In this document: positions 31,965 to 42,500 of the stretch, one piece after another
Position numbering within the stretch: position 1 is the stretch's first letter
Layout: each line of letters starts with the position of its first letter
Source of the DNA: Thecamonas trahens ATCC 50062
Lineage: Eukaryota; Protista; Apusomonadida
Reading direction: 5' to 3'
Length of the DNA stretch: 64,000 nt
Assembly: GCF_000142905.1 (NCBI RefSeq)
Contig: NW_013657653.1
Span: 352,392-416,391, forward strand
Program-made: the position numbers and the translations under genes
Notes under the pieces: generated by a model
What the model was told of the DNA's origin: nothing
Seen by the model: the letters and a program-made list of their open reading frames with translations, nothing else
The model's database searches: none

Positions 31965-32636
31965 GTCTCCTGTTGCGCAGCATGTCAAATGCCCCCCCCC
32001 CCAAAATGTCATGTTTTCCNNNNNNNNNNNNNNNNNNNNNNNNNNNNNNNNNNNNNNNNNNNNNNNNNNNNNNNNNNNNNNNNNNNNNNNNNNNNNNNNN
32101 NNNNNNNNNNNNNNNNNNNNNNNNNNNNNNNNNNNNNNNNNNNNNNNNNNNNNNNNNNNNNNNNNNNNNNNNNNNNNNNNNNNNNNNNNNNNNNNNNNNN
32201 NNNNNNNNNNNNNNNNNNNNNNNNNNNNNNNNNNNNNNNNNNNNNNNNNNNNNNNNNNNNNNNNNNNNNNNNNNNNNNNNNNNNNNNNNNNNNNNNNNNN
32301 NNNNNNNNNNNNNNNNNNNNNNNNNNNNNNNNNNNNNNNNNNNNNNNNNNNNNNNNNNNNNNNNNNNNNNNNNNNNNNNNNNNNNNNNNNNNNNNNNNNN
32401 NNNNNNNNNNNNNNNNNNNNNNNNNNNNNNNNNNNNNNNNNNNNNNNNNCCTCGCCCCCACGCCGACCGACCCCTCCCCCCTCCCCCCCTCCCCCCCGGC
32501 TCCACTACCACACCCAACTCCCCACCTCGTCAACCCCCCTTACACCGTCTCCTCATAGAACAAGGAGGCGACGTCGACCATCACACCTTCGGTGCACCCC
32601 ATTGCTCCGCCCAGCATTTCGCCCACGCTCACAGAA

Positions 32637-33836
32637 ATGGCGGAGGTGGCGGCCGACCCGGGAACGACAGCTGCAGCCGGGGCTGGAGGCGAGGCCGGAG
32701 CCGGAGGAGCTGCAGGTCATGGAGGTGTGGGAGGACATGGCGAAGCTGAGGCGCTGACAGGATCAGGGGGGCTGTTCCGGAGAGGAACGAGCCGGGAACG
32801 GACAGTGACGGCGACGCAGCCGTTGCGGTTTCTCATCACCGCAGTGGGCCTCTCGCCGTCGCCGACCGTCTTCAACAGGGCGTACCAGGGACTGGTGCTG
32901 GCAGCGCTGCTGGCAGCGCCCATTCTGCTCTTTGTCATTGGCCTCAACAAGTACGAGTCGCGGCTGACCGAGTCGACCCTGGTCGGCGCCGCCATCCTTG
33001 CCCTCATCCCGGTCATCTCGCACCTGATGGTCATGCCGTATCTGGCACGCAACTACATTGCCGACGAGGTCCACGTCTGCCTCGCGGCCGACCCGAGCGC
33101 TCGGAAGAAGATCATGGCGCTCGGGACGGCGCACGCGTGGGGCGGGCTGGTCATCGGCACCACGTTTGCGGTTCTCTGGCAGGTCAACCTCTTCCGGGCG
33201 TTGAAGGACGGGCGCGACTGGGCGCGTGACTCGTCGGGTCTCAAGACGCTTTTCGTGCTACAGGCAGTGGCGGTCTCTGTCTCAGTGGCCTCGTTCACCA
33301 TGGCGCTTGTGCTGTATTCGCTGGTCTGCAACATCATCCGCATGCAGGCCGGCACGTTTTCCACAGGCATCAAGTCCGGCAAGTACGCCAACGAGGCCAT
33401 TGTCTACGGCCACCACCACATCAAGACCTCGGTGGCGGTGACGAACCAGATGTTCTCGCGGTGGATTTTCCCGGCCATTGTCGTCACCCTTTTCTCCATC
33501 TCGTTCCAGACCGTCGGCTACTTTCACCAGGACAAGCACAGCAGCCAGTACAACGGTGCGTACTATATCATCGTCCCGGCCTTCCTGCTGGTCTTCCTCA
33601 TTGTTGTCGCGTCTACCGTGACCGGCAAGATCGACCGGCTCAAGTACAACGTCGGCGCGCTCCTCTCGTCTGACTATACCCGGGCCGGAACGCTTAGCCA
33701 TGTTCTCGCCTACCTTCAGAACGTCGACGACTCGTTCAAGATCTTTGGCGTTGCCATCACCTCGAGCCTTTCCCACCTCATCGTCTTTGCCGCCATCGCC
33801 TCGGTCGGCGCCTTTGTGTGGGAGGGCATCCACTAG
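32637..33836 (+). CDS. Gustatory receptor-like (7TMIC / DUF3537-like) seven-TM protein; may have extra 5' exon(s) (32559..32591 and in gap)
   Basis: N-terminal FLITAVGLSP segment, six long TM helices with a long helical loop between TM4 and TM5, and a split TM7 (YLQN...FKIFGVAI...LIVFAAIASV) typical of the GR/OR superfamily. Confidence 0.65.
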   Translation: MAEVAADPGTTAAAGAGGEAGAGGAAGHGGVGGHGEAEALTGSGGLFRRGTSRERTVTATQPLRFLITAVGLSPSPTVFNRAYQGLVLAALLAAPILLFVIGLNKYESRLTESTLVGAAILALIPVISHLMVMPYLARNYIADEVHVCLAADPSARKKIMALGTAHAWGGLVIGTTFAVLWQVNLFRALKDGRDWARDSSGLKTLFVLQAVAVSVSVASFTMALVLYSLVCNIIRMQAGTFSTGIKSGKYANEAIVYGHHHIKTSVAVTNQMFSRWIFPAIVVTLFSISFQTVGYFHQDKHSSQYNGAYYIIVPAFLLVFLIVVASTVTGKIDRLKYNVGALLSSDYTRAGTLSHVLAYLQNVDDSFKIFGVAITSSLSHLIVFAAIASVGAFVWEGIH

Positions 33837-33953
33837 CAGCCCGCTCACCTGCTCGCCTTAAACCATGCCCCTTGCACAGCACGACTGTGGGGGCAGCCGT
33901 GCTTGGCCGAGCTGACAACGAACGCCGGCAGCTGGCACACTCGTCACCAGACG

Positions 33954-36294
33954 ATGGCGGCAACCGCGGCGACGGCAGCAGGCGATGAGCACCGTAGTGA
34001 AACATCACTTTCTTCCATGTCTGGCGAGGAGATCATGGCTCTGCGCAAGTGGATTGCCTTTGTAGGCGTGGTCAACTTTGACTTGGAACTTGGTCAGTGT
34101 ACGTGGGCCTTTGGCCGTGGGTGTTGCCCATTGGGCGCGGAGAGGGTGACATGGGGAGAGAGAGAGAGAGAGTGGGCGGGCGAGGAGAGTGCAGCAGCTA
34201 GGCGGGGGAGGAAGGGGCGAGGAAATCAGATGCAGGCAACGGGAGAAGGTAGTAGGGAGCGGGGCGGTTACTCATGGAGTGTGGCGCTGCATGGGAACAC
34301 TTGGGTGGGGCGGTGTGGACGGTAGCGCTCGAGTTCACCCTGCCAGCAGTGGAACTGTCAGAGAACGATTCGCACAATCTTTGTTTTCTCTCGTTTCCCG
34401 ACTCGAATGCGCGGATGGGCGCGACGGTGTACACGTTCCGGGCGCGACGGACGAGTAGAGATGCCAAGGGCTTTGATGTGGATGCAGCAAGCGGCGGATG
34501 CGATACAGAGAAGGAGGCGAGAGCGAGGATGAGGCGGAAGAGGGTACGGCATCGCAGTGCCGAAATGCTGCCGCTGGTGGACGAGAGCTACTGGTATGGC
34601 TTTGTTTACTTTCGGCAGGAGAAAGACGCGAGCATCAAGCGCGGATACTTGCAAAAGTCTGTGGTGATTGTGACGTCGGCGCCGCTGGTGGCGCTGTACA
34701 CGAGGATGGTGCGGATCATGGGCAAGTTGTACTTTGAGCACGGGGCGCCGGTGCTAGAGACGGCGTGCCACTCGATTGCGTCATGGCCGCCGCCGAGCGC
34801 TGGGGCCACACTTGAGCTTCCGTTTATGGGCGAGGTGCTGCTTGCGCATGTGGCGCGCGACCTTCGGCCGCCGAGCGCGGAGGCACTACTTGCGGCGCTA
34901 CCCGAGGCGAGCGCGGCGCGGCTTGTTGGCGCACGGCGCGGGATGGGCGCGGCGCCCGAGGTGCTTGTCGGCTCTGTTGCCGACCTCTCGCTCTATCATG
35001 TCTTCTTTCCGCTCCTCTCGTCACTGTGGCTTCTGTGGGAGCTTGTACTGCTAGGCGAGCCGCTGCTCGTGGAGGCGGACTCGCCGGACGTGTGCTCAAA
35101 GGCTGTGCTCAGCCTGGTCTCGCTCATTGCGCCGCTCGAGTACGCCGGCGACTTTCGGCCGTTTTTCACCATCCATGACTCGGACTTTGGTATGTTTACG
35201 GCCGAGCCCGAGGAGGCAGGCAGGCTGCCTGCGGTCATCCTCGGCGTGACAAATCCGTTCTTCCGCAAGACGCTCTCGTCATGGCCACATGTTGTGAGCG
35301 TTGAGTGCACAGTGACGACTGGAAAGGGGGCACGGGCGCGGGCCAAGGCCAAGGCCAAGGCGCGGGCCAAGGCGCGGGCTAAGGCGCGGGCCAAGGGCGG
35401 CGGGCCCGACTACCTCACGACCGGGGCCGAGGCCTCGGGCTCGGGCTCGGGCTCGCTCTCGCCGCTACCGTCACCGCGGTCGGACGGCGGGAAGCGAAGC
35501 TCGGGAGTGGTGACGGGCTACAAGAGCATCGTGCCTGCAGACAAGGCGCTGATCAAGAGGATAGTGACCGACAAGACGCCGACGGGCGAGTCTGCAGCAG
35601 AGCACACGGCAGCGCTGCGGACACACTTTGCGGACTTGACCAACGCGTTCCTCATTCCGCTGGAGCGGTACTTTGCGTCGCTTCTCCCTCTGGCGCGGAC
35701 CATCACGGCATTTGACGCCCCACCCAAGTGTCGGCCGTTCTCGGTCAAGGACTTCTTCGACTCGCTCAACTCGACGTCGAGCTCCTCGTCGGGAGGCTTC
35801 ACGCCGACCGGCTCGTCGTCGGGCACCGGGGCGTTTGAAGAAGCACTTGGCCCACCGCCGGTCATTGCAACGTCGAAGAAGATCCAGTGGACCGAGCTTT
35901 ACGCGGCGTTTTTGCTTCGCCCAACTTTGGCGGATGGTATCGGTCGCGGCGGCGCGAGGCACGGGCACGGATCCGCGATCTCTACCTGGCTGCGCTGTAC
36001 GATGCAGACATTCCGGCGTGGATCCATGCCAAGGACGAGGTGGTGGTGGTGGACCTCCTGCTCCGGCTCCGGCGTCAGCTGGCCAAGCACCCGAACGACC
36101 CGCCGCGGATCCGGCAGCGGATTGCGGAACACATCCAAGTCATTGTCTCGTTCCTTCCCGCTGATCTCCAGACCTCACTCTCGGTCAATGCCTCCCTCGA
36201 GCCTGCGGCTGGCGAGGCTGAGCGAGGGTCGACCGACGACGACGACCACGACGGCGTCGATGACGACGACGGCGATGACGACGGTGTGTGCTAG
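33954..36294 (+). CDS. DENND6: DENN domain protein 6 (FAM116; Rab14 GEF family); intron 34099..34325, apparent frameshift near 35911
   Basis: VVNFDLELGQ|SLE...LCFLSFPDSN, RGYLQKSVVI, LWELVLLGEPL, DFRPFFTIHDSDF, GVTNPFF and FLIPLERYF. The C-terminal FASPNFGGWY...EVVVVDL lies in the next frame. Confidence 0.92.
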
Positions 36295-36470
36295 AGCTGA
36301 GGTATGGCAATGTTGAAAATCTACTGGCCGTCAGCATACTGCGAGGTACAGATAAAAAGGGATAGGTGGTCCTCGACCGCCGGACAGCCCGTGCTTCGAG
36401 GCTCGCCGGCGCGATGGCGGGTGGACCAGGGCAGGGACAGGAGTTGCCACTTGACTGACCGACTGCGAGA

Positions 36471-37967
36471 ATGTCGTCGTCGTCATACTCGGGGAGTGGC
36501 AGCAGTGAGGGCTCGGATGATGGCCGTGGGGTGTTCTGGGAGTGGTATGTGCTTATGTGCTTGTGTGTGTGTGTGTGTTTGGTTGGGTGTGGGTCAGAGG
36601 GGGGGTGGGAGAGGAGGAGGTGACTGACAGGCAGACGGGTTGGACGGTTTGCGGAACAATGGGGGATGGGGATGGGGGATGGGGTCGTGGATGGGGATGG
36701 GGATGGGGATGGGATCGGGACTGGTCGTGACTGTGGCTGTGGACGTGGATGTATGCGTTGGCGTGATCTGGGCTGGTGGCGGGGGTGCGGGGCTGGACGG
36801 CGGCATGTTGAGAGAGCATAGGCTCGGCGACAACGGCCAGTTCCAGGCGTACGTGGACAAGACATCGAGAAAGATCGAAAAGGCGTATGCCAAGTTTGTC
36901 AAGAGCGGGGCTAAGGGCGCAGGCAAGAACGGAGGCAAGGGTAAGGGTAAGGGCAAGGTGGACAAGACGGCACAGGTGGCTGTGACGACGCCGGTCGGCA
37001 AGTACACCATCGACTTTAACGATATGACCCAGACCGGGACAAAGTCAAAGGGCACACGCCCAGTTCGTAGATCGACACCGGAGGGCCGGGCTCGGGCCCG
37101 TCGGGCGCCGCCTGTGGCTGTTCGCGGGCGTAGGCGCGGGCGCGGGAGGCCAATGCTCCCGATCCAGCCTCGCATTGATCCACACTTTTACAACGGCCCA
37201 AGAAGGGCGTGTGGCAGTGGGAGGATCCTGTCGGGTCGGGCAAGTACACCTCGTTCAAGTCTAAAGTTTCGAGCACGATCGAGTCGGCGTACCAGGCGTT
37301 TCTTCGCGCCGGGTCCGGGTCCGGCTCGAGCTCGAGCTCGAGCTCGAGCTCGTCAGGCAGCGGCAAGGCTGCATTCACCATCAAGGGCACCAAGTACGGC
37401 CTCGACTTTAAGCACATGGTCCAGTACCGGGTTGGCGATAAGGGTAAGCAGAGGTCGATTCGGCGGCTGCGGTCCGGAGCCAAGATCCCACCGCCGCCAC
37501 CCAGCCCGCCGCCCTTTAGCAGCGGCGGCAGCTCGTTGGGCTCGATCGGCGGCGTCCGGGTGCGTGGCTCGGCGGTACCCGACCCGCCCAAGTTCTACAC
37601 CGGGCCACGGGCGTCGTACTGGGGCTGGGAGGACCCGGTCGGCTCGGCAAAGTACACGCCGTTCACGGTCAAGCAAAACGCGCTCATTGAGGGCGGATAC
37701 CAAAAGTGGGTCGCGGCCGAGGCAGCCAAGAAGAACGCCAAGAAGAAGCCAAAGAAGGTCAAGGTCATCATCAAGGCTGGTGGCAAGCGGTACGGCATCT
37801 CGTTCAAGGAGATGGTCCAGAGCCAAGTCTCGGATCCGACCAAGAAGCGTGCAGTCCGGCGGCTCCGCGGCGCGCATCCGGACCTGCGGTCGGCATCCGA
37901 CTCGTCGGCCAGCTCGTCGCGGTCGTACTCGTCGTCGGACGCCGGCACGCCATACTCGTGCACCTGA
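36471..37967 (+). CDS. Triple WWE-domain protein; exon 1 36471..36544, intron 36545..36821, apparent frameshift near 37205
   Basis: Three WWE repeats: FWEW..DNGQFQAY..IEKAY..YTIDFNDMTQ..RPVRR; WQWED..IESAY..YGLDFKHMVQ..RSIRR; WGWED..IEGGY..YGISFKEMVQ..RAVRR. Confidence 0.85.
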
Positions 37968-37994
37968 GGAGAATTGAACATCGGGGCAGCGTAT

Positions 37995-39172
37995 TCATTG
38001 GTCTGCAGCAGGGGGGGCGGCAGCGTCGGCGGCCTCGTCGGCAGCTTTGTCGGTGGCGGCGGCCGGAGCGGCGGCGGAGCGGGCCTGAAGGGCACGGCAG
38101 AGGTTCTCGAGCGTGGAAACCTTGCGCTTGTACTCCTCGATGTCCTTGGAGAGCTCAAGGGCCTTGATGGTGGCCTTGAGCTCAGCCTCCTTGATCTTCT
38201 GGTTCTCACGGGTGGCCTTGTTGAGCGCCTTGACGTTGGCCTTGTGCTCGGTCTGGTACTGCTTGAGCAGGTTGTTCGACTGGGTGACGACGGTGGAAAG
38301 CTCGTTGAAGCGCGACTCGTACAGCTCGAGCTGCTTGGCCTGCTGAGCCTCGACCTTTTCAAGGACGACGTACTTTTGCATGACCTCCATGAAGCGGGCC
38401 TGGGCCATCTTGGCCTCCTCCTGGGCCTGTGCGACCTTGACGTTTGCGAGCTCGAGCTCGATGGCGGCGGCCTTGGCCTCGTTGGCGTACTGCTCCTCGC
38501 GGACCTCGTACTTGTGCATAAAGGCAAGGAGCTTGCGCTTGACAAACTGCGACTCCTTGAAGCGGGCCTCGGTCGACGCAGCCTCGTCTTCGATCTTCTT
38601 GGTGATGTCCTCGAAGATCTCGTTGTACTTGGACTTCATCTCGGCCGAGGCAGCATCGGAGGCCTCGGCGCGGGCCCGCTCCTCGGCGACGCGGTCCTGC
38701 AGCCGCTTGCTCAGCTCCTCTAGCGTGCTCTGGACCTTCTTGGTCGCCGTCAGCTCCTGCAGCGTCGCCAGACGGGCCCGCTTCTCCACCGACAACTCAG
38801 CCTGAGCCTGCTCCAGCTCGAGCTCAAGCTTGCGCACCGACGCGGCCTCGTTTCCGAGTGCAGTCTTGTACGCCTCGGCAAGCTCAGCATCGCTTGCGGA
38901 CTTACCCGCAGAGCTCTTGGCCTCCTTGTGGACGCGCTTGACGTATTGCCCTGGAGCGCAGGGGAGAGCGTGAGTGTGAGAAAGAGCGCGAAAAACTACC
39001 GTATGAACGGTTCCCGCCAAAATAGGTATGTGGCGACGAGGGAGGGTATGTGGGAGGTGTAATGCGGCGACGTACGGACAGCAGCGTTCAGCTTCTTCTC
39101 GGCTGCAGCTTGCTGCTCAAGTTGCGCAAGCTTGTTGGCCACCAAGTTGGCCGTTGTGTTCTCGGACGACAT
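37995..39172 (-). CDS. Taxilin-family coiled-coil protein; complement(join(37995..38950,39076..39172))
   Basis: LEELSKRLQ, YEVREEQY, QLELYESRFNE...SN and LENLCRALQ are taxilin motifs. GTACGT...CAG intron in frame. Confidence 0.85.
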
Positions 39173-39515
39173 GCGGCGGGGAGGTGGGAAGAGGGGTGGG
39201 CGGGGGCGGTGGTGCAGAGGGGGCGAGGGGAGGGGGGGGGGGGGTGAGAGGCAGGCAGGGGAGAGGGAAAGGGTGATGTGTGTGTTGGTGGTGGGCCAAG
39301 GGAATGGAGGTGGGATGGAGTGGGTGAGTGGGTGGGTAGTGGTGGAGATCCATCGATCCGACCTGATCTGTGTCGTGGTGGTAGTGGTGGTGGTGGTGGT
39401 GGTGGTGGTGGTGGTCATCGGTCGTTAGGCGATGAGGGGCGTGGCGGTGGGAAGAGGGAGGGGACTGCGGGTGAGGGGAAGGGGAGGAGAGGACATTGCT
39501 CTCGAGGTGGTAGGC

Positions 39516-42500
39516 ATGTCGGTACTCAGCGTAGAAGAGTTTGGCTTGCTCCAGACAGAGCTCATTAACGCTAAACAGGCTGCGCACGAGGCCGAGGAGG
39601 GTCGGAGTCATGCCGAGGCTCAGCTGGCTGCGCTCCGCAAGGAGGTCAAGACGATGACCAAGGACCTTGGCAAGGCGCAGAGTACGTGAGTTGGGACAGG
39701 AGGAGCGAGGACGGAGAAGGAAATCTGTGCCGAGGGGGTATGTATCACATGACTTATGATTGGTGTGAGAGTGTGTAGAGGTCATCGCCAAGTCTAAGGA
39801 CAAGAAGAAAGTCAAGGCGCTGGTGGAGGAGGTGGAGGAGATGAAGGCTGAGATGCGACAGGCAGAGGCAGAGTACGAGACACGGCATCAGGCCATGGCA
39901 GAATCGATGCGGAGTGTGTTTATGGAAACGATGCGCTGAAGAAGCAGCTGGCCAGTGCTGGTGTGGAGGCTGTGGATGGACAGAGCCATGCCGATCACAA
40001 TGCCGAACTAGAGAGGCTGCGATCGGCGCTAGCGGCAGCAGATGAGGCGGCAGCAGCGGCTGCCAGGCGAGTGGAGGAACTCAACGAGGGCAATGTTGCC
40101 ACGCAAGAGATCCTCGCCGCCAAGATGGAGCAGCTGATGGAGTACGAGCAGCGAGTGCAGGACCTCGAGACACAGCTTGCCGCATCACCCGCACCTGCAG
40201 CAGCGCCAGCAGCCAAGGCCGATGACGATGACGATGGTGAGCTGATGCTCGTAGGCTTGGATGGAAACGCTCGAGCGGACGATGAATCGATGGCGAGGCT
40301 TCAGGTTGAGGTCAAGCAGGCGAAGGCCGAAAGCACTGATCTAGCGGCGTCGCTGGAAAAGGCACAGGCTGAGATGGGGCAGCTACTGGCTGAGATGGAG
40401 CAGGTGAAGGCTGAGAACGCCGATCTGATGGCGTCGCTGGAAAAGGCACAGGCTGAGGTGGAGCAGGCAAATAGCGATGTTGGCGACGGCGTCGCAAAGC
40501 TGCAGGCCGAGCTGGACGCGGCAAGAGTTGAGGTTGAAGGTGTATCGGCCAATCTGCAGGCCGAGCTCGAGCAAGCTAAGGCTGAGAATGCCGATCTGAA
40601 GGCTGAGAATGCCGATCTGATGGCTTCGCTGGAAAAGGCCCAGGCTGAGGTGGAGCAGGCAAAGTGCGATGCTGGCGACGGCGTCGCAAAGCTGCAGGCC
40701 GAGCTGGACGCAGCGAGAGTTGAGGTTGAAAATGCATCGGCATCGCTTGTCAACATGCAGGCCGAGATGGAACAGGCGAAGGCCGAGAACGCTGATCTGA
40801 TGGCGTCGCTGGAAAAGGCCCAGGCTGAGGTGGAGCAGGCAAAGTGCGATGCTGGCGACCGCGTCACAAGGCTGCAGGCCGAGCTGGAGGCCGCGAGAAT
40901 TGAGGTCGAAGATGTAACGGCCAATCTGCAGGCCGAGCTCGAGCAAGCCAAGGCTGAGAATACCGATTTGATGGCGTCGCTGGAAAAGTCAAATGTCACA
41001 GTGGAAGAGACCAAGGCCAAGGCTAACGAGATGGAGAATGCGGTGGCTGATGCTACCGCTAGCACAGCTGCACTGGAGACGAGCAAGGTGGAGCTTGAAG
41101 GTCAATTCGCAGCGCTGCGCACCGAGTGCGAGGCGACAGCGGCTGCACTTCGGGATGCGGAAGAGGCACGCGACGTCCTCGCAGAGCGTGTGGGTGAGCT
41201 GGAGAAGCAGCGCGACGCGTCCGATACTGACAAGTCGCACGCGCTTAGCGCAGTCGAGGCGCAGCGAGAGGAGTTCCGTGCTGCGCTCAGTGCTGTTACA
41301 AAGGACCGTGATCGTCTGCAGGCTTCTATTGCCGAGCTGGATACTAAGGTGACTGCGTCTGAAGCAGCAGTTGTTGACATGACCAAGCAAGTCGAGTTGC
41401 TGACCGGCGAGATGGAGGCCGCCAAGTCTTCTGCCGCCAACACCGAGGCCGAGCTCAAGGCACAGCTCGAGACTGAGAAGGAGGCAACTGCCGTCGCGGT
41501 TAACAAGGCCGAGAACATGCAGTCGCAGCTGGAGACCGCCCAGACTGCCGCGGCCGACACCGAGGCCGAGATCGAGGCCCTCAAGACACAGCTCGAGACT
41601 GAGAAGGAGGCAACTGCCGTCGCGGTTAACAAGGCCGAGAACATGCAGTCGCAGCTGGAGACCGCCCAGACTGCCGCGGCCGACACCGAGGCCGAGATCG
41701 AGGCCCTCAAGACACAGCTCGAGACTGAGAAGGAGGCAACTGCCGTCGCGGTTAACAAGGCCGAGAACATGCAGTCGCAGCTGGAGACCGCCCAGACTGC
41801 CGCGGCCGGCACCGAGGCCGAGATCGAGGCCCTCAGACACAGCTCGAGACTGAGACAGGCGCAGCGTGTCAACTAAAGCAGCGCGACGCGTCCGATACTG
41901 ACAAGTCGCACGCGCTTAGCGCAGTCGAGGCGCAGCGAGAGGAGTTCCGTGCTGCGCTCAGTGCTGTTACAAAGGACCGTGATCGTCTGCAGGCTTCTAT
42001 TGCCGAGCTGGATACTAAGGTGACTGCGTCTGAAGCAGCAGTTGTTGACATGACCAAGCAAGTCGAGTTGCTGACCGGCGAGATGGAGGCCGCCAAGTCT
42101 TCTGCCGCCAACACCGAGGCCGAGCTCAAGGCACAGCTCGAGACTGAGAAGGAGGCAACTGCCGTCGCGGTTAACAAGGCCGAGAACATGCAGTCGCAGC
42201 TGGAGACCGCCCAGACTGCCGCGGCCGACACCGAGGCCGAGATCGAGGCCCTCAAGACACAGCTCGAGACTGAGAAGGAGGCAACTGCCGTCGCGGTTAA
42301 CAAGGCCGAGAACATGCAGTCGCAGCTGGAGACCGCCCAGACTGCCGCGGCCGACACCGAGGCCGAGATCGAGGCCCTCAAGACACAGCTCGAGACTGAG
42401 AAGGAGGCAACTGCCGTCGCGGTTAACAAGGCCGAGAACATGCAGTCGCAGCTGGAGACCGCCCAGACTGCCGCGGCCGGCACCGAGGCCGAGATCGAGG

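Noticed and set aside
36304-36627. 107-aa ORF right after DENND6
   Set aside because: It has no recognisable features and overlaps the better supported WWE exon 1 and intron.
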